64,000 nucleotides of DNA from an uncultured delta proteobacterium. Lineage in GTDB: Bacteria; Desulfobacterota; Binatia; UBA9968. This document shows positions 1-10,735 of this stretch, one piece after another. The notes beneath the pieces were generated by a model. It searched no databases. It had not been told where the DNA came from and was given only the letters and a program-made list of their open reading frames with translations. The position numbers were made by a program, and so were the translations under genes. The first letter of the stretch is position 1, and each line of letters opens with the position of its first letter. Location: the NCBI GenBank assembly GCA_963727625.1, contig CAVSHR010000012.1, positions 192,001-256,000 on the forward strand, read 5' to 3'.

Positions 1-930
1 TGGCTGGAACAGAAGCAGGAGAGGCTGCGCCACGAAGAAAAGTCGGAAAGCGAACGGCAGAAAACTCTCGAACGCGAGCTCGAATGGATTCGTATGTCAC
101 CATCGGCGCGGCGCGCCAAAGGCAAGGCGCGCATCACGGCGTACGAAGCATTGCTCGACCAGGAGGCGCAGAAGCGGCGCGAAGATTTGGAGATTCCCAT
201 TCCGCCGGGGCCGCGTCTGGGCAACGTCGTGATCGAAGCGGAAGGCGTCAGTAAAGCCTACGGTGACAACCTGCTGGTGGACGACATGACGTTCAAACTT
301 CCTCCCGGCGGTATCGTCGGCGTGATCGGCCCCAACGGCGCGGGCAAGACAACCTTGTTCCGCATGGTCGTCGGGCAGGAGAAGCCTGACAGCGGCAAGA
401 TTCGCATCGGCGAGACGGTCGCCCTGGGATACGTCGATCAGAGCCGCACTCTCGATCCCAAAAAATCGATCTGGGAAGAGATCAGCGGCGGCACGGATCT
501 GTTAAAGATCGGCACGCGCGAGGTCAACTCTCGTGCCTACGTCGCCCGCTTCAATTTTTCCGGCACGGACCAGCAAAAGAAGGTCGGAGCGCTCTCCGGC
601 GGCGAGCGCAACCGCGTTCATCTGGCGAAGATGTTGAAGGAAGGCGCCAACGTTTTGCTGCTCGACGAGCCGACCAACGACCTGGACGTGAACACCCTGC
701 GCGCGCTCGAAGAAGCGCTGGAAAATTTCGCCGGTTGCGCGGTGGTGATCTCCCACGATCGCTGGTTTCTCGACCGCATTGCGACCCACATCCTCGCCTT
801 CGAAGGCGACAGCAAAGTCGTCTGGTTCGACGGCAACTATTCCGAATACGAAGCCGACCGCAAGAACCGTCTCGGCGAAGCCGCGGCGCAACCGCACCGA
901 ATCAAATACCGCCGCTTGACGCGTGTTTGA
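1..930 (+). CDS. ettA: ABC-F translational throttle protein EttA, 5' part outside window
   Basis: Frame open from base 1 (WLEQKQERL...ELEWIRMSP); second ABC domain [24 protein letters not shown]; C-terminal PHRIKYRRL typical of EttA. Confidence 0.93.
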   Translation, partial: WLEQKQERLRHEEKSESERQKTLERELEWIRMSPSARRAKGKARITAYEALLDQEAQKRREDLEIPIPPGPRLGNVVIEAEGVSKAYGDNLLVDDMTFKLPPGGIVGVIGPNGAGKTTLFRMVVGQEKPDSGKIRIGETVALGYVDQSRTLDPKKSIWEEISGGTDLLKIGTREVNSRAYVARFNFSGTDQQKKVGALSGGERNRVHLAKMLKEGANVLLLDEPTNDLDVNTLRALEEALENFAGCAVVISHDRWFLDRIATHILAFEGDSKVVWFDGNYSEYEADRKNRLGEAAAQPHRIKYRRLTRV

Positions 931-972
931 CGGTATTTCGATCCCGAACACGGCAGGTTCCCCGCCCCGCGC

Positions 973-1470
973 TCACGGCTTGGTCTTCACTTGCTCGGCG
1001 CACCAGGAAAGCATTTCGATCTGCGGCATGGTTTCCACCGTCGACCCTGCGCGGGAGACCGCGCTTTCCGCCTCGTCGATCGGTTCGCCCAAAGCAAGAA
1101 GCACGGAGACGGCCAGCATCGCGGTTCGGCCGACACCGCCCGCGCAATGAATCAGCACCGCTTCCCCCGACTCCAATCGATTTGCGACATCGTTCGCAAG
1201 CGCCCAGAAGCCATCGCGGTCTGCGGGCACGCCGCCTTCACGAATTTCAAAAGGCAGGACCGAGCAGGGAACGGTCCCAGTTTCCAGGGCTTCTGCGTAT
1301 TGAGAGGATTTCAGGCGAATTTCGTATTCTTCCGTTAAACATACGATCGCCCCGACCGCATCGCTCCGCAGCTGATGCCAAACCTTCTCGATCGTTTCAA
1401 AGCGGCCCGGCATGCTGTGCAGCAGCAGTCTTCCGGAAATCCGCGCGGGAAGATCGACACCACGAAACAT
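973..1470 (-). CDS. Dual-specificity/tyrosine protein phosphatase family protein
   Basis: HCAGGVGRT (CX5R) motif; start taken at MFRGVDLP (ATG 1470). Confidence 0.85.
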   Translation of the reverse strand: MFRGVDLPARISGRLLLHSMPGRFETIEKVWHQLRSDAVGAIVCLTEEYEIRLKSSQYAEALETGTVPCSVLPFEIREGGVPADRDGFWALANDVANRLESGEAVLIHCAGGVGRTAMLAVSVLLALGEPIDEAESAVSRAGSTVETMPQIEMLSWCAEQVKTKP

Positions 1471-2000
1471 CCTTGTCTTCCTTGTGTGCAAGCAACTGAT
1501 CGTTGCGCTTCAGAAATTTATTCCGGCGGTTGCAGGTGATTTAAAATTTGGGACGAACAGACGATAATCGCGTTTGATCATTTTTATCTTCACGTTCCTC
1601 CATCTGCCTACCTAGCAGACGCCATCGTGGCGCGACAAGACTTGTACCGATGAACTCGCCCGGCGATCGTTCGCGCACGCCATGGGTTTTCCAATTAGAT
1701 CTTGAATTTTTTGAAACCTACTCGACGGGCAATATTCAACGCCCGTAAACTTCATACCAGAGCGAAGGGCAGCTGGTCAGCGAAGTGAAAAAGCCGTCGA
1801 AGCCGCCGTTTCATTAACCCGCATTTAATCATCGGATCAAATCTTTATGGCCGTGATTTGCTATCATTGCAACAACGTCTATTCTGGATTATCACACTCG
1901 ATTTTTTTTCTGTGACACGAGTGGAACGCAAGCGATCAGCTGACGGCCGGCAGGTAAAGCAGAGTGCCGCAATGGGCCGGGATCACTGAACCCAATAAGC

Positions 2001-2546
2001 ATGTTGCCTGAGATTGTGACTTTGATCGCGGCGATCACCGGACTCGTGGCGGCCACCGGTGGTGTTTGGGCCGCCCGCACTGCCTATCGATCGGCAGTTG
2101 CCGCGCAGGAGGCAGTCAGACAATCGGAAAAAAACGATCGCCGCGGTCTCCTTAGATCTCTGAACAGGACCGCGCATCGCGATGTCACTGAGACTTTACA
2201 GATCGGTTCGCTCGTCGAAGACCTGAAGACCGAGTACCGCTTGCTGGCGGCTTCCTCCGGGCAAGCGGGCGGTTCGAGAGAGAAATTGCTCGTCCAACAG
2301 GCGGAGACCAAGCAGAAGGAAGTCACGCCATTGCAGGATGAAGCAATAAAACTGATCGAAAAGCGGGCGCAACTCGGTGGCGATGCTTCAGAAGAGGATT
2401 TGACGCTGTCGCTGAGCAATCTCGACGGTTATCTCATCCAGGTTCTGCGGATAAGAAATAGCCTCGAGAGAGAACTCGCCGCAACGACCGGCGACAACCG
2501 GATCCAAAGTGAACGCCGCCCCAAGGCTTTTCACCAGCGGCGATGA
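2001..2546 (+). CDS. Hypothetical membrane-anchored helical/coiled-coil protein
   Basis: 181 aa; N-terminal hydrophobic helix, then charged helical region. Confidence 0.6.
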   Translation: MLPEIVTLIAAITGLVAATGGVWAARTAYRSAVAAQEAVRQSEKNDRRGLLRSLNRTAHRDVTETLQIGSLVEDLKTEYRLLAASSGQAGGSREKLLVQQAETKQKEVTPLQDEAIKLIEKRAQLGGDASEEDLTLSLSNLDGYLIQVLRIRNSLERELAATTGDNRIQSERRPKAFHQRR

Positions 2547-2667
2547 GCCGTTTCGGGGAAAGCCCGGGAACGACTCCCGACCCCGTTCGGCGCCGCGCTC
2601 CAGTCTCTCGCCAGCCGCAGTATTATTTTTGACGTCTTGGACGATTGACCTTAAACTAACACCCCCT

Positions 2668-3681
2668 CTAGGGCAGCGGACACTCCGGCGTCAGCCGTTT
2701 GATCTGCGGGATGACCTCCTTGCCGAAGCGCTCGATCGTCTCCAGGGTAAAGCGCGGGTCCATCCCCGGCCAGTCCACCATGAACCACATAACCTCTGTG
2801 CCGAACTCTTCGTGATAGGACATCACCTGCTCGACCACTTCGGCCGGGCTGCCGAGGATCAGGCGGTCGCGCTTCAATTCATCGAAATTGAGATCGTAAC
2901 GCTCCCCCGGCTGCCCCCATTGCTGGTAGCGTCGATAGCGCCGCTCGTAGCCTTCCTTGATGCGGTCCTCCGCTTCGCGGGTCGTGTCGGCGATGCAGAG
3001 ATCGCGAAAGATAAACAGCCCGCGATAGGACTTTCCCTGCCGTGCCAGCGCCGCTTTGTACGCCGGCAACGCTTCGCGCAGAAACCCCTTCGAGTGGCGC
3101 CGGCTGGCGATCCAGTGGTCGGCAACCTCCGGCACTCGGGCAACGGTTTTCGCCGCATCTGCGCCCATCAAGATCGGCGGGCCCGGCCGCTGCGCCGGCC
3201 TGGGCAGGCTGGTTACCTTATCGAGATGGAAATGCTCGCCATGGAAGGTGACCGCCTCCCCCGTCCAGAGCTTGCGTATCACCTCGAGCCCCTCGACCAA
3301 CCGGCTCCTGCGCTCCCGCTTATCGATGCCGAAGGAATCGAATTCGTTGTCTCTGTAGCCCTGGCCGACACCGAAGAGCACTTTGCCGCCGGAGAGATTG
3401 TCCAGCGTGGAGATATATTCAGCGACCATCACCGGGTGGTGCAGCGGCAGGAGAAAGATCGAGGTACCGAGGTACATGCCCGGCACCTGGCCGGCGAGAT
3501 AAGCGAGCAAGGGAATCGACTGCAAGATCGCCGCGTCCGGGCCGGTGAGATAATGTTGCGCGACGAACAAGGCTTCGTAGTTGTTCTTGTAAGCGACCTG
3601 CGCCCGCTGAGAGACCTGCTCGCAAACTTCCGCCGGATCCAAGTCCGACGGATAACTGCCAAACTCAATGCCGAATCGCAT
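2668..3681 (-). CDS. LLM-class (luciferase-like) flavin-dependent oxidoreductase
   Basis: MRFGI start, FVAQHYL, HPVMVAE..TLDNLSGG, GVGQGYR, PPILMG, FGKEVIP motifs. Confidence 0.9.
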   Translation of the reverse strand: MRFGIEFGSYPSDLDPAEVCEQVSQRAQVAYKNNYEALFVAQHYLTGPDAAILQSIPLLAYLAGQVPGMYLGTSIFLLPLHHPVMVAEYISTLDNLSGGKVLFGVGQGYRDNEFDSFGIDKRERRSRLVEGLEVIRKLWTGEAVTFHGEHFHLDKVTSLPRPAQRPGPPILMGADAAKTVARVPEVADHWIASRRHSKGFLREALPAYKAALARQGKSYRGLFIFRDLCIADTTREAEDRIKEGYERRYRRYQQWGQPGERYDLNFDELKRDRLILGSPAEVVEQVMSYHEEFGTEVMWFMVDWPGMDPRFTLETIERFGKEVIPQIKRLTPECPLP

Positions 3682-3866
3682 TCCTGCTCCTCTCCGGATT
3701 CAAAGTAAAGCTTAATCTAAATTGGTCGCGCGCTTAGCCTCGGCGACGACCCGATCGCCCAAAAGGCAGCCAGGCGGGGAAACTCGATAGTGCAGAACAC
3801 GACGAGATCATTGGACACCTTCGCCCCACACTCCCTTTCCACCGGCTGAATCCGAGTTGGATTGGC

Positions 3867-4868
3867 TTACTTACTCCCGATTCCCAGCTCAGCCTGCGCT
3901 TCTTTCAACAAGGAGAAATCGACGAGCTTCGAGATCGGCGGCGGCTCCTTCAAGTTTAACGGTGCAGCGACCGTTTGTTCGATGTTTCTCCGTAGAGACT
4001 CGTCGCTGGCACCGCCGGGATCGTTCCGGTCAATGGCCTTCAGCGTTACCGCAAGAGCTTCTTCCACGACTTCGCGCGGATATTTGAACTCCGCATGCGC
4101 AATCCGAATCGTGTCCGCTTTGTTATTGACCATATGCAGCAAGCTTTTGGCCATGGCGCGGCTCCAGCGCTTGATCTTGGCGCGTTCCTGGGAAAGCTTG
4201 GCCGTAGAGCTTGCGTATCCGCCCCACGGCCAGGGTCCGTAGTCGGCGAGAACCGCCAGCACGTTAAATCCCTGTTTCTTCATTACGAACGCTGCGTCGG
4301 GGTTAAACGGCCTGGCCTGGATGACTCCTTGCTGCATGGCGAGCATGGCTGTTTCAGCGCCGCCGGATAAGAAAAACCTGACATCGCTTTTGGGATTCAA
4401 ACCGTGATGCTCGAGGACCATGGAAGCGGCGATCTCGGTGCTGCTGCCCGGCGCGCTATTGCCGATGACCTTTCCCTTGAGGTCCTGCACGGTTTTGATG
4501 TCCGGAGCGCCCATCAGAACGAACGTCGACCTTTGATAAGGGAAGAAGATCGCCCTAAGGGGCGCCCCACGGGCAGCGGCTCTCATCGCGCCGCCGGCTG
4601 ATGCCGCTACGTCGAGCTCCCCCGCGATCAACGCGGACGTGGCGACGTTGGACCGAACCTGAATCCACTGGAGATCGAGATTCTCTGCACCAAAGTAGCC
4701 CGCGCGTATGCCGACGAAAAGCGGCAGATAACCGAAATCCCTGGTGGTTAAACCGACCCGCATTCTCTCCGCCGCCGCGGCATGCGCGATAGCAGCCCAA
4801 GGGTTAACGATGACAGCCGCCAACGCCAAAACAAATACAGCGCGCCTTAAGGAACGAAAATGGGTCAC
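3867..4868 (-). CDS. ABC transporter substrate-binding protein, NMT1/SsuA type
   Basis: Signal peptide; GYFGAENLDL, ALIAGELD, DLKGKVIG..APGS motifs. Confidence 0.85.
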   Translation of the reverse strand: MTHFRSLRRAVFVLALAAVIVNPWAAIAHAAAAERMRVGLTTRDFGYLPLFVGIRAGYFGAENLDLQWIQVRSNVATSALIAGELDVAASAGGAMRAAARGAPLRAIFFPYQRSTFVLMGAPDIKTVQDLKGKVIGNSAPGSSTEIAASMVLEHHGLNPKSDVRFFLSGGAETAMLAMQQGVIQARPFNPDAAFVMKKQGFNVLAVLADYGPWPWGGYASSTAKLSQERAKIKRWSRAMAKSLLHMVNNKADTIRIAHAEFKYPREVVEEALAVTLKAIDRNDPGGASDESLRRNIEQTVAAPLNLKEPPPISKLVDFSLLKEAQAELGIGSK

Positions 4869-4978
4869 GATTGCGATCCTCCCCCTGGATTATCCAGCGC
4901 CTGGTTCGCCTATACCATCCTTGCGCTGGATAAAATAGCCCGGTTGAAATTCACCCGACTGTTGTCTAACAAGATTGT

Positions 4979-7708
4979 GTGGCCGCCGTTCATCCTCGAT
5001 ACTTGCCGGTGCCCTATCAGGACTCCGCTGAATCGGGCCGGTTAATCCTGCGCGATGGCACCACCGCAACGGTCCGCTTGGCGCGCCCTCAGGACCGCGA
5101 CTTGATGGCGGAGTTTTTTCGGACGCTTTCCCAGGATTCCCGACGGCGCAGGTTTTTGTCCGTATCCGAGCCTACCGCCAAGCTGATCGACTCGTTTTGC
5201 GACGACTCCGACGCGCGCAAACGTCTTTGTCTGGTCGTCACGCGCGCTTCGGACGGCGGCCCTCGCATTATCGCGGTCGCTAATTACATGGCTCATGATG
5301 AAGCGACGGCCGAAATCGCTTTGGCCGTCGACGACGCCTTCCAGGGCAAAGGAATCGGCTCGCTGCTGCTTGAGCGACTGGCGGTCCTGGCGGCGCGCCA
5401 TGGCTTTCGCCGTTTTTCTGCGATCATGATGCCTGACAATCAGCCGATGCTGGATGTTTTTCGTAATTCCGGCTTTGAATGTCGCTCCCGAGTCGATCAT
5501 GGTGACGTAGAAATCGATCTCTCGGTGTTGCCGAGCAAAACCAGCGTCGCTCGCGCCGAATTTTTCGATCGGGTTGCAACCGTCGCGTCGCTCCGCCCAT
5601 TCTTTCACCCAAGCTCGATTGCGGTCGTGGGCGCCTCCCGCAACCCGAGCCATATCGGCACGCGAATCCTAAACGCCGTCATCGGCGCCGGGTTCAAGGG
5701 CGACGTGTATCCCGTGAACCCCCATGTCGACATCGTGAGCGCGTTGCCGGCCTATGCCAGCGTGCGGCTGCTGCCCCACACTGCCGATCTCGTCGTGGTC
5801 GCCGTCCCCGCCGCCGCGGTCGATTCGGTGATCGACGATTGCGCCGCGCGCAGCGTGCGCGCCGTGATCGTGATAACGGCAGGATTCGCCGAAGTCGGCG
5901 CCGCAGGCCGCGAGCACCAACAAAAACTTCTGGAGAAAATCCGCGGCCACGGGATGCGCATGGTCGGCCCCAATTGCCTCGGCCTGCTCAATACCGATCC
6001 GGCGATTCGACTCAACGCATCCTTCGCGCCGGATTTTCCGCCGACGGGCAATATCGCATTTTGCTCGCAAAGCGGCGCCCTCGGCTTGGCGATGATCTCG
6101 TTGGCGGGCGAGCGCTCTCTTGGTCTTTCCAATTTTATCAGCGTCGGCAACAAGGCTGATATTTCCGGCAACGATCTCTTGCAATATTGGGAGGAAGACG
6201 AGGCGACCAAGGTCATCCTCCTGTATCTGGAATCTTTCGGTAATCCGCGCCGATTCGCGCGCATCGCCAAGCGCGTCAGCCGCGCCAAGCCGATCGTCGC
6301 GGTCAAAGCCGGCAGAACCGGCGCCGGCCGGCGCGCCGCGGGCTCGCACACCGCCGCGCTCGCCGCCGACGATGTCGCCGCCGACGCGCTGTTTCATCAA
6401 ACCGGCGTGATTCGCGCCGAGACCCTCGATGAAATGTTCGATCTGGCCGCCGCCTTGAGCAGCCAACCTTTGCCTAAAGGCCGCCGGGTCGCGATCCTGA
6501 CCAACGCCGGCGGCCTCGGCATCCTTTGCGCCGACGCCTGTGAAGCCAACGGCCTGCTGGTCCAGGAGCTCAGCGCCCAAACCAAGCAACGCTTGCAAGA
6601 ATTTCTGCCGCCGACGGCGAGCGTGACCAATCCCGTAGACATGATCGCATCGGCGAGCGCCAAGGATTTCCGCCGCGCCGTCGAGATTTTACTTGGCGCC
6701 GCGGAGGTGGACGCTCTGGTCGTTTTGACGATTCACGTCGCCCTTGCCGATATCGGGGCGATTGCCCGAGAGGTTCACGGCGCCGTCAACGCAGCGAGAG
6801 CCGACGGGGAAGTCAGAAAACCGGTGCTCACCTGCATCATGGACGGTGTCAGGGCGGCGCAGGGCACGCCCCGCGGCGCCGTGCGGCTGCCCAACTATGC
6901 TTTCCCCGAGAACGCCGCGCGCGTCCTGGGTAAATTGGCGCGCTACGCCGAGTGGCTCGCTCAGCCGGTGGGCATTTTCCTCGAATTGAAAGATATTCGC
7001 CCGCAAGATGCGCGGATCATCTGCCGCCAGGCCGAGGAGCGTCACGGCGGCGGCTGGTTGTCGGGAGAAGAAACTCGCGCGATTCTATCCGCGTTTGCAT
7101 TGCCCCTGCCGCCGGGCGGGATTTGCCGCGACGCCGACCAAGCGGCGCAGATGGCGCGCCAAATAGGCTTTCCCGTCGCCCTCAAGCTCGCTTCACGCAC
7201 CATCGTGCACAAGAGCGAAGTCGGCGGCGTGCGGCTGGACCTCGCGGATGAAACCGCGGTACGCCAAGCTTACGCGGAGATCCGGCAACGCCTCATCGGC
7301 GCACAACAGCTCGATGCCATGGACGGCGTCTTGGTCCAGCCGATGATCGCCGGCGGCGTCGAAATCATGATCGGCGTGACTCAGGATCCGTTGTTCGGAC
7401 CGTTGATCGGTTTCGGTCTCGGCGGCATTCATGTGGAGATTTTGCGCGACGTCTGTTTCCGCGTCACGCCGATCACCGACCGCGACGCGGCGGAAATGGT
7501 GCGCAGTATCAAAGGCTATCGGCTCTTGGAAGGCTACCGCGGCCACCCGCCGGCCGACATCGCCGCCATCGAAGATCTACTGTTGCGCGTGGCCCGGCTG
7601 GTCGAAGAAGTGCCGCAGATCGTCGAGCTGGATCTCAATCCCGTCATCGCGTTGCCGCCGGGCCGAGGCTGTTGGATTGTCGATGCAAGAATTCGTGTAG
7701 AGGCCTGA
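4979..7708 (+). CDS. GNAT acetyltransferase fused to ADP-forming acetate--CoA ligase (Pat/ACD architecture)
   Basis: N-terminal GNAT (AVDDAFQGKGIG), CoA-binding AVVGAS, GPNCLG, SQSGA, AGSHTAALA, ATP-grasp HKSEVGGV, ELDLNP. Confidence 0.92.
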   Translation: MAAVHPRYLPVPYQDSAESGRLILRDGTTATVRLARPQDRDLMAEFFRTLSQDSRRRRFLSVSEPTAKLIDSFCDDSDARKRLCLVVTRASDGGPRIIAVANYMAHDEATAEIALAVDDAFQGKGIGSLLLERLAVLAARHGFRRFSAIMMPDNQPMLDVFRNSGFECRSRVDHGDVEIDLSVLPSKTSVARAEFFDRVATVASLRPFFHPSSIAVVGASRNPSHIGTRILNAVIGAGFKGDVYPVNPHVDIVSALPAYASVRLLPHTADLVVVAVPAAAVDSVIDDCAARSVRAVIVITAGFAEVGAAGREHQQKLLEKIRGHGMRMVGPNCLGLLNTDPAIRLNASFAPDFPPTGNIAFCSQSGALGLAMISLAGERSLGLSNFISVGNKADISGNDLLQYWEEDEATKVILLYLESFGNPRRFARIAKRVSRAKPIVAVKAGRTGAGRRAAGSHTAALAADDVAADALFHQTGVIRAETLDEMFDLAAALSSQPLPKGRRVAILTNAGGLGILCADACEANGLLVQELSAQTKQRLQEFLPPTASVTNPVDMIASASAKDFRRAVEILLGAAEVDALVVLTIHVALADIGAIAREVHGAVNAARADGEVRKPVLTCIMDGVRAAQGTPRGAVRLPNYAFPENAARVLGKLARYAEWLAQPVGIFLELKDIRPQDARIICRQAEERHGGGWLSGEETRAILSAFALPLPPGGICRDADQAAQMARQIGFPVALKLASRTIVHKSEVGGVRLDLADETAVRQAYAEIRQRLIGAQQLDAMDGVLVQPMIAGGVEIMIGVTQDPLFGPLIGFGLGGIHVEILRDVCFRVTPITDRDAAEMVRSIKGYRLLEGYRGHPPADIAAIEDLLLRVARLVEEVPQIVELDLNPVIALPPGRGCWIVDARIRVEA

Positions 7709-7899
7709 GGGCAGAAAGGACCGTAGCCTGACGCACAACGAGGAAACATCTCCCGAGCTAAGGTCGATTTCCATCGAGACTCTCGGCAATAAGTGACGCG
7801 CAGATTGCCGGGTGAGCTCGACGCTCTCGCGCTCATCGGCGCTAGGGTCAGAGGCCCGCCATCTTCTCCGTCATGGTCTGCGTGCCACCGCCGTCATCG

Positions 7900-8574
7900 T
7901 CATGGGGATACGCTTTTCTTCCGCAGCGTTACTCGAAATAATTTTCGCGGCAGTCTTCCTTCCTCGAATTCATCGACACTAACGATGTCATAACCCTTGG
8001 CCAGATGCATCACTTTTTTTCTGCTGAAGAAATGCACAACAAATCCTCCCGCTTCATACATATCCTTCCCTCTGTGGACTCCCGTTCCGTAATCCGGATC
8101 ATCGGTGTTCCTGACCGTGTAAATGTTGAGTCCTGCCGGTTTCAACACTCGCCTCACTTCGTCCGAAAGGAATTGGAGCTCTGGAGTTGTTAGTGCCATG
8201 CAGTACAACATATGGGAGTAACACCCATCAAACGTTTCGTCGTCGAAAGGGAGCGGGTGCCGTACATCGTGCTGCAATGCCGTAATGGAGCTGGACAAAC
8301 CGGTGTTACGCGCATTATTGGCAATCGCCTCAACCGCGCTTTCGGCGTAATCGAGCGCATCGATCAGAAATCCATTTTGGGCAAAAAAGAGCGTATCTCT
8401 GCCTTGCCCGCTGCCGAGTTCGAGAATTCTTTTCTTGCTTTCCTTCTTGAACATTTCGACAGCGGCCCGAGCGGCATCGCTGGGCCCGGCGCCAAACATA
8501 TCGGGCTTTTGGGCAAACGTTTTCCGCCAGTGCTGGTGTTGCGCGTCCAAAATTTTTTTTACTTCAATCTGCAC
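7900..8574 (-). CDS. Class I SAM-dependent methyltransferase (paralog of 31658-32305)
   Basis: ILELGSGQGRD motif I, LPFDDETFD, RVLKPAG. Confidence 0.88.
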   Translation of the reverse strand: MQIEVKKILDAQHQHWRKTFAQKPDMFGAGPSDAARAAVEMFKKESKKRILELGSGQGRDTLFFAQNGFLIDALDYAESAVEAIANNARNTGLSSSITALQHDVRHPLPFDDETFDGCYSHMLYCMALTTPELQFLSDEVRRVLKPAGLNIYTVRNTDDPDYGTGVHRGKDMYEAGGFVVHFFSRKKVMHLAKGYDIVSVDEFEEGRLPRKLFRVTLRKKSVSP

Positions 8575-8586
8575 GTGCTAATGCCG

Positions 8587-9018
8587 TCACTTCTTCACAA
8601 TCAGCACCGGGCACTCCGCGTAACGGAGCGTTCGCTCGGCAACACTGCCGAGCAACAAGCGGCGCAAGCCGGTTCTGCCGTGGCTGCCCATGACGATCAT
8701 CGACACGCGCAGCTTTTTCGCCTGACGCGCAATAATCTCGGCGAAGTCCGTGCCCCGAGCCAAAACCAGCTTGCACTCCTCTGCTCGCAAACGTTTTCTT
8801 TTCGCCAATTTTTCGAAATTCGCCCGGGCGTCGCGCTCCAGAAATCGGTAGAAGTCCAAACTGCCGGCAACCGGCGGATAGACCAGCTCAGCGGGAATCA
8901 CGTGCAGGGCGATGACCTTGCCTTTGTTTTGGCGCGCCATCTTCAGGGCGTAGTCCAGCGCCCGCTCCGAGCCGCGCGAAAAATCGATGGGCACGAGATA
9001 AAGATCCGCTTTCGCCAT
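8587..9018 (-). CDS. Universal stress protein
   Basis: LVPIDFS, IVMGSHGRTGL..LLLGSVAERTLR..CPVL; start at ATG 9018 after GGAGG. Confidence 0.92.
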   Translation of the reverse strand: MAKADLYLVPIDFSRGSERALDYALKMARQNKGKVIALHVIPAELVYPPVAGSLDFYRFLERDARANFEKLAKRKRLRAEECKLVLARGTDFAEIIARQAKKLRVSMIVMGSHGRTGLRRLLLGSVAERTLRYAECPVLIVKK

Positions 9019-9041
9019 AACCCCTCCCCGGGACATGTCCG

Positions 9042-10733
9042 TTAGCGAAGTCCGGCCAGCTCTTGCAGCGTGCGCCAATTCTGCAACCGATCGGCTTGAG
9101 CCAGTAACAACGCGTCCGAAGGACGGCCCTCTTCATCGAACTGCTTGGCGAAACGCCCTTCAGTACGGGCAAAATCGATAAAGGACACCGGTTTGTCGCC
9201 GCGAGGCGGGGTCCACCAGTCTTCTTTTTGCGCCGGATTACCTACCAGGCTCAAATGTTCGCGGAGCTTTTCGCCTTTTCTCGGATCGTAGACAAACAGC
9301 GGGAACGCGCGGCTCTCGACTGCCAGCTTTGCCTGACCCGCTGAGTTGCAGTCCGGCACGCCATGCTCGGGCTGGCAAGTGGTATAGACATTGATCACAG
9401 CGGGGCCGGGATATTCGTTCGCTTCCATCACCGCTTTGTAAAAATGGTTGATATGCGCCGCCGTGGTTTGCGCCACGTAGACTTCGGGATGCATGAAACA
9501 GATCTGCGCTAGCTCTTTGCGCCGTTCGCGCTTTCCATGTGAGGCTTTTCCGAAAGCCGCCATCTTTGCTTCTTGTCCGGAAAAAGTTGCAGTCGACGCT
9601 TGGCCGCCGGTATTGGAATAAACCTGGGTGTCGAGCACCAGGACGTTGATATCCATGCCGCTCGCCAGCATGCGGCTCAGGCTCTGAAAGCCAATATCGT
9701 ACATGGCGCCGTCGCCGCCGATCACCCAGAGTTTTTTCTTCTCCCACCCGCGCTGGTTCCAGCGCGCGCGGATGCCCATCGCATCCGCCGGGCCGTTTTC
9801 GAATAACGAATTCGTCCATGGAACAAGGTAAGGATTGTACGGGTAAGTCGATCCGTAAACCGTATTGCATCCGGTGGAAGCGACGATGCCGATGTTTTCC
9901 GGACCGTTGACGAATCCGGTTGCCGCCAACATCATGCGAATCGCCGTCGCTTCACCGCAACCCATGCACGAGCCGGCGCCGCCGACGTAAAGCAAAGATC
10001 GCTCCTCGGCAAGCATGAAGTCGGCGAATGCGCGCTCATTGATATATTGTTCGGGCGTCGGGCCGATCTTGCGGAAGTGATTGAAAGCCGAGCGGTAGCG
10101 CGGCACGGTCTTTTCGTCTTTCGCCACCATCTTGAGCGCGTGGTAGTCCAACTCGTCGCACACCTGCACGCATTCCGCGCAGCCTTTGCACTTGGTCGGA
10201 TCGATGAAGATGCCGAATAACGCGCCTTCATCGCCTTTCTTCGCCGGCACATCGAAGTATTTTTTGGTGCGCGCCCAGTGCGACTTCACCCATTCACGTT
10301 CGCCGTCGTCCGTGATTTCCGTCAGCGCCTTTTCGACCTTCGATGCCGGAATCGCTTTGCCGAGAATCGCCGTGTCCGGACATTCGGTAACGCAGCTCAT
10401 GCAGCCGACGCATTTTTCTAAATCGAACTTGGGAATCTCCTGCGCGATATAGCTAAAATCCCGCAGGGCTCCGGTCCCGGCCGGAATCAGGCTGCGCGCC
10501 ACGCCGAGATCAGCGGGCAAAACGGCAGAACCCTTGCCCTCCTGGTAGGCGCCGATTACACGCCGATTGAAATCGTCGACGTACATATCGAGATCGAGGT
10601 CGATAAGATGCGTATCGGCAAAGGTCGCTTCGTGGGTTTCCATCGCCACGCCGGCCCGCTTGATGCCGGGTACTGCGGCGATCTCATCAGTACCGCCTTC
10701 TAAGGGATTAAAGAGCGTATCCTGTTCAGCCAT
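9042..10733 (-). CDS. 2-oxoacid (pyruvate):ferredoxin oxidoreductase, ferredoxin + TPP-binding (delta/beta) subunit
   Basis: Two CxxCxxCxxxC motifs (CVGCMSCVTECP, CKGCAECVQVC), GSCMGCGE, GGDGAMYDIG, YSNTGGQ. Confidence 0.92.
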   Translation of the reverse strand: MAEQDTLFNPLEGGTDEIAAVPGIKRAGVAMETHEATFADTHLIDLDLDMYVDDFNRRVIGAYQEGKGSAVLPADLGVARSLIPAGTGALRDFSYIAQEIPKFDLEKCVGCMSCVTECPDTAILGKAIPASKVEKALTEITDDGEREWVKSHWARTKKYFDVPAKKGDEGALFGIFIDPTKCKGCAECVQVCDELDYHALKMVAKDEKTVPRYRSAFNHFRKIGPTPEQYINERAFADFMLAEERSLLYVGGAGSCMGCGEATAIRMMLAATGFVNGPENIGIVASTGCNTVYGSTYPYNPYLVPWTNSLFENGPADAMGIRARWNQRGWEKKKLWVIGGDGAMYDIGFQSLSRMLASGMDINVLVLDTQVYSNTGGQASTATFSGQEAKMAAFGKASHGKRERRKELAQICFMHPEVYVAQTTAAHINHFYKAVMEANEYPGPAVINVYTTCQPEHGVPDCNSAGQAKLAVESRAFPLFVYDPRKGEKLREHLSLVGNPAQKEDWWTPPRGDKPVSFIDFARTEGRFAKQFDEEGRPSDALLLAQADRLQNWRTLQELAGLR

Positions 10734-10735
10734 GA

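Noticed and set aside
1510-1593. 27-aa minus-strand ORF (MKIKMIKRDY...) after GGAGG
   Set aside because: RBS spacing is only 3 nt and there is no recognisable motif
1848-1861. TGGCCGTGATTTGC upstream of ORF 2001
   Set aside because: Spacing is 9 nt; sigma54 spacing is strict
2509-3708. Long antisense ORFs (e.g. 2509-3708, 39250-40476, 40725-41864, 49818-50951)
   Set aside because: Shadows of well-supported genes on the opposite strand in GC-rich DNA; no motifs
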